Positions 56,082-64,000 of a stretch of 64,000 nucleotides of DNA are shown here, one piece after another. Source of the stretch: a virus; the IMG/VR virus record IMGVR_UViG_3300036668_000172, positions 19,750 through 83,749 of that record, one strand, 5' to 3'. Position numbers and translations under genes: made by a program. How positions within the stretch are numbered: the stretch's first letter is position 1; every line of letters begins with the position of its first letter. The notes under the pieces were generated by a model. The model had not been told where the DNA came from. It made no database searches and saw nothing but the letters and a program-made list of their open reading frames with translations.

Positions 56082-56501
56082 CTACAGGTTTTGTAAGTCT
56101 AGTCCCCACGAGCCATAGCGTGCAACTCTGTTGGGTAAATCTATCACAGCTTTTAAGTTGGCCCTATAAGGCAGTTCTCCCACAAGGTCATGGAAGCTAC
56201 CATACAGCTCGGAATAGTTAAACGGGTTCCCGCCCCGATTATCTAAACGGTCAATGAGCTTATCAACGTGAGCTTGTGTCCAGCCATCATCTTCAAAAGC
56301 TGCCAACTCAATTGCTAACCCATACTTAAATGCTGCGTTCCAGAGCTTACTCAACTGAGCGTTGTTAAGCCCTGTAATCTTTCTTAAGCTGACTCCTTTG
56401 CGAAGGAGCTTCTTCTCTTCTATTAGTTCCGAAATAACTGCGACGTCTATTACCACGATTAATCGTGGGGGCGTCTCGTTTGAGATTTCGCCCCGTAGCA
56501 T
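56082..56501 (-). CDS. Hypothetical protein
   Basis: In the replication operon. Confidence 0.65.
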   Translation of the reverse strand: MLRGEISNETPPRLIVVIDVAVISELIEEKKLLRKGVSLRKITGLNNAQLSKLWNAAFKYGLAIELAAFEDDGWTQAHVDKLIDRLDNRGGNPFNYSELYGSFHDLVGELPYRANLKAVIDLPNRVARYGSWGLDLQNL

Positions 56502-56791
56502 TAGAGGATTTCTACTTTTCCATATTTAATAACAAAGTCTCTAAAAGCAGCAGAGTCTTCCATGGCGATGCTTGCTTCCATAGGGTCAATCTCTGCATGA
56601 ATGTGTACGGTGTAGTGACCATCATTACTCTGCATAGTCTGACGTACAAACTTAGTGTGAGCACACTTCGAGACTTTCCTAAAAATCTTGCAGGTGCACA
56701 TTATTGCGTAGGGGTCATTGTGGTCAGCTGAAACCTCAGAGACACCGTCGTCTCCTAAGAACAGTTGAATAGTTCTCCAGTCGTATGCCAT
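56501..56791 (-). CDS. SWIM zinc-finger protein
   Basis: CTC..F....C.H. Confidence 0.7.
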   Translation of the reverse strand: MAYDWRTIQLFLGDDGVSEVSADHNDPYAIMCTCKIFRKVSKCAHTKFVRQTMQSNDGHYTVHIHAEIDPMEASIAMEDSAAFRDFVIKYGKVEIL

Positions 56792-56802
56792 GCGAGCGCC
56801 TT

Positions 56803-57528
56803 TCACTTGTTCCTCCTCAAGTCCTTACCGCCTATTATTACACGATTGAAGGCTTCGTACACGAACGAACCCATAGCTTCCCCGTATTTTGCTTTCCACT
56901 GGTCTCGCTCCAAGTTGGTAGTCACAATCGTGGGCAACCCTTTATCATAACGGGAGCGGAGAAGCTCATCAAAGCCAGCTACGTTGTAGTCGGACTTTAG
57001 CTCTTTACCTAAGTCATCCAAGATAAGGATGCGAACGTTTAGGTAGTCATGCTTTGAGCGCCCATGAAACCCATCCATGTACATCTGAAGTTCACGGCGA
57101 GTGTCATTGTCTGCCGAGATTTCATTCTTCTTGCGATTGATAAAGTCTGGTACGGTCATGTAGTAAACAGGACGGGAGGCAGCCGTGTAGTCGACAGCTG
57201 AATAGTTAAAGACTTTGCGAGCTTTCTCAGCATCCTCTGGGAGCTTGCGAATCAACTCTGAGATTGTAAGCACCGAGTGGGTTGTCTTTCCCATTCCTGG
57301 GTCTCCGTCAAATAGGAGTCCGACACCTGTGACCCCAAGGCCACCAATGCTCTTGATTACTTTTCCAGCTAGAACTAAATCTACCCAGTCTTCAATCTCA
57401 GGGTAAGAACTACCTAGGTTGCCCTGCACATCTTCTGCCCCCATACCAATGAAACGGTGTGGAATGTTAGATGTGTTCATAAGCCAACGTGCTTTTAAAA
57501 AACTAAGACGGTTAATGTCATACGGCAT
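56803..57528 (-). CDS. DnaC/IstB-like helicase loader ATPase
   Basis: GDPGMGKT, LILDDLGKE, RY...LPTIVTTNL. Confidence 0.88.
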   Translation of the reverse strand: MPYDINRLSFLKARWLMNTSNIPHRFIGMGAEDVQGNLGSSYPEIEDWVDLVLAGKVIKSIGGLGVTGVGLLFDGDPGMGKTTHSVLTISELIRKLPEDAEKARKVFNYSAVDYTAASRPVYYMTVPDFINRKKNEISADNDTRRELQMYMDGFHGRSKHDYLNVRILILDDLGKELKSDYNVAGFDELLRSRYDKGLPTIVTTNLERDQWKAKYGEAMGSFVYEAFNRVIIGGKDLRRNK

Positions 57529-58534
57529 TTGAACTCCTCAATTTATCCTCGTATCGCTCCATGGAGGCCCTACCTGGCATGGAGTTGTCGAAACGACGCC
57601 CATCAGAAGCATACACAAAATCTTCGGTTGGTGTTGAATTATCTGCAAGTTCGGCAGGAGTTTGTCTGGCATCCATGCTCAGGTTCTTTAAAGCCTGCTC
57701 AAAGTTAATGCTGAAAGCCTTGAGAAAACGGCCAATAATCCAGTGTGGGTTCTTGCGACCCTCGTTGTCAATCCATGGGTCTTCAAAGAACATCTCCATG
57801 ATTTCAAGCTCAATCAAGGGATTGACATCCTCATTCTTGCGTTGTCTAGCAAGGGCTCCAGCGATGTTCTTTACGCTGAGTTGCAAGGGCATTACTGGCA
57901 TTCTTGCACGCACCTTGGCTACAAATTCTGTAGCTACATCAACCGTAGTCCACTCAGAATGAGGGCGGTCAGCCCTAGTCTGTGGGTTGTTCTTGCTTAT
58001 CTTTGGGCCTTTGACCTTCTGAGCCGCTTCATTATCAAATAAACCAAAACCGCCAACGCTGTCATCGTCATCTCCTTGCCACCGATTCACCACTTTTATA
58101 TTCTCCTTTTTAATGACCATCGGGGCCTCGGCCCCGAATAAATAAGACGTAGTCTTATTTACTATATCCTTACCAGAACTACTAGTACTACTAGTACCAG
58201 CTGTTGACCCCACATTTTTGTGGATGACACCAACCTCATTTTTGTGGATGGCAGGATTCTCATCCACATTTTTGTGGGATGGTGAAACGAGCTCATATTT
58301 GTTTTTGTGAAGTCTCCCGAGGTTTCTTTTTGTCCTCGTAGTAACGACCAGTTCTGCTTGCTCTAGCTTCCTCAGGGAACGCCGAATTGACTCTTCAGAC
58401 GACTGGGCAAAGCGAGCTAGCTCCTCCATGGAGATGTCCGTTTTGTTTTTTATAGACAGCGTGCAAAGGATGTCAAGCAGACGGTACTCGCTAGCTGATA
58501 ACGGGGTAAAACACTTCTCTTCAAACGTACACAT
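57518..58534 (-). CDS. Replication initiator-like winged-HTH protein
   Basis: N-terminal wHTH (ELAR....SIRRSL.KLE...N.Y), internal repeats, upstream of the loader. Confidence 0.7.
   Translation of the reverse strand: MCTFEEKCFTPLSASEYRLLDILCTLSIKNKTDISMEELARFAQSSEESIRRSLRKLEQAELVVTTRTKRNLGRLHKNKYELVSPSHKNVDENPAIHKNEVGVIHKNVGSTAGTSSTSSSGKDIVNKTTSYLFGAEAPMVIKKENIKVVNRWQGDDDDSVGGFGLFDNEAAQKVKGPKISKNNPQTRADRPHSEWTTVDVATEFVAKVRARMPVMPLQLSVKNIAGALARQRKNEDVNPLIELEIMEMFFEDPWIDNEGRKNPHWIIGRFLKAFSINFEQALKNLSMDARQTPAELADNSTPTEDFVYASDGRRFDNSMPGRASMERYEDKLRSSNAV
58213..58310. repeat. Iteron-like repeats CATTTTTGTGG inside the initiator gene (putative origin)
   Basis: Copies at 58213, 58237 and 58267, partial at 58302. 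Confidence 0.65.
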
Positions 58535-58545
58535 AGGTGAACATC

Positions 58546-58809
58546 TTACCGCCTTCTTAGAGAATCAACGACGACAGGCCGAGAAGTTACAGAAAGTACC
58601 ACGAGAGCAAAAAATCCCGAGGCGAAGGTCGCGACGACCAAATGGTAATCCAAGAGCCCAAGAAGTCCGTTGGCAGTCAAGGAAAAAGGTAGAGTAAGAA
58701 TAGTCTTAAGAATAGAGTCTGGTAGCCAGCGCCCTATTATTAAGCTGAGGAATGCGATTGCGCCACCAGTGGCCATGCCAGAAATGACTATAGTTAGAAA
58801 GAGGTCCAT
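58546..58809 (-). CDS. Small membrane protein, probably leaderless
   Basis: Three hydrophobic segments; TAAGAT 6 nt before ATG. Confidence 0.7.
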   Translation of the reverse strand: MDLFLTIVISGMATGGAIAFLSLIIGRWLPDSILKTILTLPFSLTANGLLGLLDYHLVVATFASGFFALVVLSVTSRPVVVDSLRRR

Positions 58810-58818
58810 GACCTCATC

Positions 58819-61074
58819 TTACATGGTGATTGCTTTTGTCTCTACTCCACCGAACGAACGAACTACATATGGGGTGTTAGAAGGCAAGAAATTCTCTAGC
58901 TCTTGAATCAGTCTAATAATCTTGGCTTGTTTACTCTTGTATAGATGTGAGGGGGAGTTATTCTCTAGTTCTTCCCACACAATCCCATACTCTGCTGGAA
59001 AGTTTCCTGCAATGTAAAGGCTGGCAGCAAAGTTGGATTCTAGTTGCGCTGCTTCAAAGTTAAGAGTTCCACCAGTATTGGCGTCTGCTTTAATCTCTAG
59101 GTTGAAAAACATACTTTCAGACACATACTTAGACTCGACGTAGAAAGAAAGGGTTAGCCTCTTCCAAGTAGTGCTGACCGCCACAGGAGTTGACTGTTTT
59201 ATCAAAGAAGGATTAACGCTATCAATCAAGGTGATTTTTAAGTAAACATCTTCTTCTCGAACAGGACTCTGTACGTACACAGAGAAAGTATAAAACTTCC
59301 CAGAAGGCATCCCCCCTGTATTAGTAGACGTACTAACTGTAAGGTTCTGCCCACTAGTCGGCTCTACCGACAGCATGCTATCTGCCGTAAATATATAAGG
59401 GAGCGTACTCGCGGGATAAGTCGAGGAGGATGCGTTAGCCACATTCCAGTCTGTGGTGATAGCCGAGAGAGAAGGGTCATTTACAAAATTACTCTTGTCG
59501 GGCTGCAAAAAGATGTCCACGCTGCGAGATTCGTAGTAGCTAGTTACCTCTGACCTTGCAAACTGGAGCATGTCAAAGTAGACCGTTCCTGGCCCCTCAA
59601 ACTTTATCTCTGTAGAAGCGTAGGCCGCACTCTCCACAGACACAAGGGCATTAGTTTCAGTGGCTGTTACATCTGGAGTTATTAACGCGTATGTGATTGT
59701 ATTAGAGGTAGTAGCAGACACCAAGTACTTACCGTCATAAGGGGCACCAATTCCAATAATAGTAATTGGAGTCCCAGGATTAACGGTGTGAGTGACTTCT
59801 GTAGTTAGAACAACCTGATTAGAAGTTACTGAGTAGTTTGTAACTGAGTAGTCTGTTCCTGGCGCAGTTCCCACAAGAGAGTACTTGTTCCAACTCACAG
59901 TGGTAGTCTGAGGAGAAGCAGTAGTGCTGCCTACTAATTCACCAGCGTTATTATACCAGTAAATTTTAGGTACTATAGACACGCTATTAGCCGCAGTTCT
60001 TTGAGCAAAAACACTAAACCTGTACTCCACACCAGCTGTTACGGGTATCCCGTATAGTACTGGGTTATCTTCGCCGTTTCTTAAAAAAGAATTACTTGAA
60101 GTAGCTACGGCTTTTGCCGTATAGACAGCGTCAATCTGGAAGTCCTCACCGCTAGGTGGAAGGATTGTGTCCTGAAGTTCTAGTGTGCAGTTTCCCACAG
60201 CTCTCCACCTACCAAGGCTTTCATAAAAAGTGCTGTCTTGCGAGGTAAGAAAAAGGTTAGGGGTGTTTGTGATTACTGGCCCAAAGCCAGTAAGACTTTC
60301 TATCAACGTACTTAAAGCTGCTTTAGTGCCTTTGCGAGAGTACATGTAGATGGCTTCACGAACCATCTTCTTCTGCTGAATAATTACATCATCGGATGCA
60401 GGGGTAATTCCGTACTCATAGACTTGAAGGTCTAATATGTCTGGGCTGGAGTTTTTTCCAGTAAAGTCTGGAATCAATAAATCTGCAAAAGTAAGCAGCT
60501 CGTCAAGAGTAAATGAGAAAGCCTGGAGAAACTTGTAAAGGTCTGATTCTGTGTCTACAACCCCTAAAGGAGACTGTTCTTTTGACGTAAACACTCTTGG
60601 AAGCATGTTCATAAAATTTTCATGAGTAGTGGCAAGCACTTGGCCATCAGGAGTCACTGTCCCATGTTCTTTAGGAAGAAGGATTACTAAATCATCAGCT
60701 ACGCCCCAGAGATTGTTCTCAGAGCGCCGTACCCACATGCGGTAGTAAACAAACCTGCCAGGAACTAGTCCTATGTCATTAGATAAGTCTTCATCCGCAA
60801 AGTTGTCTACACCGTCTGTAAAGAAGGAGTCTCCAAAGTTACCATCTTCGCTGTTAACTTCAAATAAAATAACACCATCGTCAGGCCATTCGGGAAACCC
60901 GTTTTGGTTTCTGACTAACCTAAGCCCGTTCAAAGCCCCCTGAGGAGGCCCCCAATATAGCTCAATCTTGTCGTAGTCAACTGCCACACCCTGGAAGGGT
61001 TCAACCGAAAAAGGTAACCGAGGTATCTCACCGTAGTAAGCGCCCCTGTATACAAAACCACCGTATTTACCCAA
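58819..61074 (-). CDS. Baseplate/tail protein with carbohydrate-binding-like modules
   Basis: LP..F...L..FL...KGT..AL motif of gpI-like proteins; YTFSVYV-type CBM-like repeats. Confidence 0.7.
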   Translation of the reverse strand: MGKYGGFVYRGAYYGEIPRLPFSVEPFQGVAVDYDKIELYWGPPQGALNGLRLVRNQNGFPEWPDDGVILFEVNSEDGNFGDSFFTDGVDNFADEDLSNDIGLVPGRFVYYRMWVRRSENNLWGVADDLVILLPKEHGTVTPDGQVLATTHENFMNMLPRVFTSKEQSPLGVVDTESDLYKFLQAFSFTLDELLTFADLLIPDFTGKNSSPDILDLQVYEYGITPASDDVIIQQKKMVREAIYMYSRKGTKAALSTLIESLTGFGPVITNTPNLFLTSQDSTFYESLGRWRAVGNCTLELQDTILPPSGEDFQIDAVYTAKAVATSSNSFLRNGEDNPVLYGIPVTAGVEYRFSVFAQRTAANSVSIVPKIYWYNNAGELVGSTTASPQTTTVSWNKYSLVGTAPGTDYSVTNYSVTSNQVVLTTEVTHTVNPGTPITIIGIGAPYDGKYLVSATTSNTITYALITPDVTATETNALVSVESAAYASTEIKFEGPGTVYFDMLQFARSEVTSYYESRSVDIFLQPDKSNFVNDPSLSAITTDWNVANASSSTYPASTLPYIFTADSMLSVEPTSGQNLTVSTSTNTGGMPSGKFYTFSVYVQSPVREEDVYLKITLIDSVNPSLIKQSTPVAVSTTWKRLTLSFYVESKYVSESMFFNLEIKADANTGGTLNFEAAQLESNFAASLYIAGNFPAEYGIVWEELENNSPSHLYKSKQAKIIRLIQELENFLPSNTPYVVRSFGGVETKAITM

Positions 61075-61087
61075 GAGTTAGCTCCTA

Positions 61088-61393
61088 TTAAGAAAAGTCA
61101 GCTTGAATAGCAAACCATGAAAAAGTAATGGATTCACTACCAGTGCCTTTTAGGTTAGCTGTAAAGCCAGTAGTGTCAACCTGAACGGTCACAGTGGCGT
61201 GATTTGTACCCGTCACCTGAACAAACACTAGCGGAGTAAATGAAAACTCAAAGCCGAAACTGACACCTAAAGTTCTGGCCCCCGTAATTAGTGAAGTGCT
61301 CTGACTACCAGAAGCGTCAACTACTGAAGGTACTTGAGCGCCAATCTCCTGCCAAACCGAGCCGTCCCACACACGAATTCTTTTATAAGCCAT
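61088..61393 (-). CDS. Small tail-associated protein
   Basis: VWDGSVW; F...F...P.V...TGFT...SW.A pattern. Confidence 0.65.
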   Translation of the reverse strand: MAYKRIRVWDGSVWQEIGAQVPSVVDASGSQSTSLITGARTLGVSFGFEFSFTPLVFVQVTGTNHATVTVQVDTTGFTANLKGTGSESITFSWFAIQADFS

Positions 61394-61403
61394 TATTTAT
61401 CTC

Positions 61404-62186
61404 CTAGATGTACTGCAGCCAGACATCTCCATTTGCACCATCACTTGAAGTGGGGGCACTGGTAGATGCGTTAACACGACGAAAGCCCATTGTTCCGACA
61501 GGAACAGAGGGGTCACTGGAAAGAAGAAGAGAACTTGCATCAAAGGGGTCCACATTTTGAGAAGAGTCTACCCAGATAGTTCCTGGGATGACTCCAATAG
61601 GGGCAGTGGCTTGATAAAATACTGTTGGCCGAGCCTCAACGAACTCTTGGATGTCAGTACTGCCAGCTACAACTACTGAAGAAGGTGAAATGTTAACTAG
61701 AGTATTATTGAGCCCACTAATAGTTTTATTAGTAAAAGTATCTGTAGAAGAGACGCTTGGAACGTCCGCGGTGTTTAGCTGAAGCTTTCCAGAGCTATTA
61801 ATGCGAGTAATAACTGAGCTGGCCGAGTTCTGAGCCTGAAACAAATCTGCTGTTTGATTAGTACGTGCACGAAGAGCCAAGTTAACAGTGCTAGTGCCAG
61901 CTGGGGTAACTACTGTTCCACCAGAAGCTTTTACTCTGTCGTTAAACGCCTCAAACAAACCAAACTCAATGTTTTGAATTCGCTCACGAAGTGACGGCCA
62001 GGTCAGAGTGGACTGATTAAAACTTCCACTAGTCCAACCTACGTTTATTACTACCTGAGCTCCAAGAACTGTCTGCACGGAAGTAATCTCGTCGTATACC
62101 TGATTAATATCTGCAGCCAAAACAATATCAAGAAGGTCTCTCTTACGAGTAAACGTCTTGATAGATGATGGATAGGATGCGGGCAT
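61404..62186 (-). CDS. Tail fibre-like protein
   Basis: APT.SDG.NGDVW and GTIWVD fibre motifs. Confidence 0.65.
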   Translation of the reverse strand: MPASYPSSIKTFTRKRDLLDIVLAADINQVYDEITSVQTVLGAQVVINVGWTSGSFNQSTLTWPSLRERIQNIEFGLFEAFNDRVKASGGTVVTPAGTSTVNLALRARTNQTADLFQAQNSASSVITRINSSGKLQLNTADVPSVSSTDTFTNKTISGLNNTLVNISPSSVVVAGSTDIQEFVEARPTVFYQATAPIGVIPGTIWVDSSQNVDPFDASSLLLSSDPSVPVGTMGFRRVNASTSAPTSSDGANGDVWLQYI

Positions 62187-62210
62187 TACAATCTCCTAAA
62201 GTATGTCTCT

Positions 62211-62246
62211 ATTGTCTCTGTTATGCGCCATTTTGTAAGGCTAAGG
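62211..62246 (-). promoter_or_regulatory. Putative bipartite promoter (CCTTAG-N24-GACAAT)
   Basis: Spacer near-identical to the copy at 8054-8089. Confidence 0.6.
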
Positions 62247-62682
62247 GCATGTCTGCTTCTAGCTGCGCAATGCGGGCCTCAAAGTCCACAAGTACTTCAG
62301 CCATGTAGACCAAGGTAGCTACTAAGTCCAGCTCTTTTCTTCCATCAGAGAAGGAAGAGAACTGCAAACCCTCTTGTGAGGACGTGGTTGGCTTAATAAG
62401 GGTGTGCTTTTCAGCATTGACAACTTTTCCAAATACGCCTACCCATAAAGGGTATGATGGGTCACCACTTTCAAACATTACCCAGACTCCTTGCCCTACT
62501 GCAGGAGAAGCCGCTTTAACGCTAGCTGACTCCATAGGCCATGCCCATTGGGTAGGGACTTTCCCCAGAATCGCAGGCACAGAGACCCTTATGCGGCGTT
62601 TACTCAAGGGGTCCTTGTTGCTAACAACTGTGCCTCTGTAGATGCCGTGGTGTTTAGTCAGCTCCCCAACTGAATTATCCAT
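62221..62682 (-). CDS. Baseplate spike protein (gp5/gpV OB-fold)
   Basis: GIYRG.V..N.DP...RIRV.VP...WA.P...P.VG..VWV.FE.GDP..P.W.G. Confidence 0.88.
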   Translation of the reverse strand: MDNSVGELTKHHGIYRGTVVSNKDPLSKRRIRVSVPAILGKVPTQWAWPMESASVKAASPAVGQGVWVMFESGDPSYPLWVGVFGKVVNAEKHTLIKPTTSSQEGLQFSSFSDGRKELDLVATLVYMAEVLVDFEARIAQLEADMPLALQNGA

Positions 62683-63998
62683 TACGCACTCCGTATAACA
62701 TCAATGCTATAGGTTTTAGTCGTAAGACCCTCTGCAGCTGTAATAAAGATACTTACAGGAGTAGTCCCAACAGAAGTATTGACCGTTCTAGTGGCACCTG
62801 ATGCAGTAACAGTGTCATTAATTCTCATAATAGAGCCTGCACTAGACGTGGTTGCTGTAAGCACAGTGCTGACTGTGCCGTTAGGAACCGACAGAGTGTA
62901 TGCAGACTGATTACCATTAAATCCAGGAGAAAGAGTTCCAACCGAGAAAGTCATAGACTGCAAAGTAGCGTTAGTAGAAAAGGCAGTTACAACAATGTCG
63001 TCCGACAAAGCAACAAACAGTTCATTAGGCTGGGCAATCAGTATGTTTCGCCCACTAGTGCTGCCAGCCTTATACACCGCTGTAACACGAGCATTTATAA
63101 TTCCTGGTATCTGCCTAATAACGGCTTCAATTTCTTCAGGATGAATAATCGCCCCAAATCCAATGTTTGCGTAAGCGAACTCGTCCAACAATGCTTTAAG
63201 GATTACTGTGTCTAATAGTCCTTCGGAGTATTGGTCAAACTTGCTGTAGAACAGCTCAATAACCACAGGAACGTAGGTTGGAGGGGAAACTGTTACTGAA
63301 GTGCCAATTTGGATTTTGTCTTCAAAATAAGAAACAACTTCTTCCTTAATGCCGTTCCATTCAGGAAGAAGAACCCCCCCATCTGCAGGGTTGTCACTGT
63401 ATCCAGGGAATTGGTCAACTGAGGCCTCGTTTCGCTGAGGGGAAACGTAAACAGTGACTGAAGTACGAGTAGCTCCAACCGCTTTCGCTTTACCCACGTC
63501 CGCAACTTGCAGTGCAAGAGCGCTATAGTCATTTAGAGACACTGCTCGGTTAAGAGCCGTTAGTGCTAGTGGGGCCTTTTCCTTAATACTTTCATTACTT
63601 TCAGGGACTTCTCCCCCAATACCTGCAGTTGTATTAGTAAGAGTAAGAGTTGTGCTTAAATTAAATACGTCAGTATCTGACAACCCAGGTACTTTAAATA
63701 ACTCTGTAATTAAGTTGACAGCAATGTTCCCAACGGAACCACCACCAAAATGGTAAGAAGCTTTGATAACCGATAACTGATTAGGTATTGCCCCAGATAC
63801 ACCGTCTCCAAATTGGACGGTAACAAAGTCGTCAGCGTCTGTAATTACAGAAAACACAGCATCAAAAGGACCAAAGTCGGTTAAGTGGGTCACTTGCGTC
63901 CAAGGCTCAAATATTTCGCCACTTTGTACAAAAATACGGACAGAGCCATCTACTACTTGATTTTCTGATAGAAGGTATGACTGTTCAGGAAACCCATT
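62682..63998 (-). CDS. Baseplate wedge J-like protein, start outside window
   Basis: V.FGDG..G.IP, GG..GN, GG..PES, RAVS..DY; frame open to the window end. Confidence 0.85.
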   Translation of the reverse strand, partial: NGFPEQSYLLSENQVVDGSVRIFVQSGEIFEPWTQVTHLTDFGPFDAVFSVITDADDFVTVQFGDGVSGAIPNQLSVIKASYHFGGGSVGNIAVNLITELFKVPGLSDTDVFNLSTTLTLTNTTAGIGGEVPESNESIKEKAPLALTALNRAVSLNDYSALALQVADVGKAKAVGATRTSVTVYVSPQRNEASVDQFPGYSDNPADGGVLLPEWNGIKEEVVSYFEDKIQIGTSVTVSPPTYVPVVIELFYSKFDQYSEGLLDTVILKALLDEFAYANIGFGAIIHPEEIEAVIRQIPGIINARVTAVYKAGSTSGRNILIAQPNELFVALSDDIVVTAFSTNATLQSMTFSVGTLSPGFNGNQSAYTLSVPNGTVSTVLTATTSSAGSIMRINDTVTASGATRTVNTSVGTTPVSIFITAAEGLTTKTYSIDVIRSA

Positions 63999-64000
63999 AG

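Noticed and set aside
1-64000. Stop-codon reassignment or prophage state
   Set aside because: Genes are intact under the standard code using all three stops; no integrase, att site or host genes in the window

Overview
This window is part of a large tailed-phage genome, most likely a myovirus infecting Actinobacteria: it has two WhiB genes, an NrdH-like redoxin, an r1t-type holin, an FmdB-like gene, apparently leaderless genes and baseplate proteins. No host genes or integrase are visible. Layout: (i) 1-20.7 kb, minus strand: collagen-repeat fibre, N4-gp56-type major capsid, scaffold, portal, large terminase, lysis genes, tRNA-Asn and small accessory genes including an Arr-like ADP-ribosyltransferase; (ii) a divergent, repeat-rich control region at about 20.4-21.2 kb; (iii) 21.2-32.5 kb, plus strand: an early-type block of tiny acidic ORFs, a MoxR/vWA pair, a HicA-like gene and WhiB; (iv) 32.5-64 kb, minus strand: a TGT-like/HAD/nucleotidyltransferase cluster, low-complexity proteins, SpoVS, recombination and replication genes, then baseplate/tail genes. 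The most novel signals are non-coding: three tRNA-mimicking leader RNAs with covarying stems; three hairpins with anti-Shine-Dalgarno loops; a transcription-oriented 12-mer CCAACACAAACA; a bipartite promoter-like motif (GTTTAN-N24-weak -10) upstream of about 10 late-type genes; and apparent absence of GATC and CCGG. All calls were made by eye from motifs; no database searches were run.
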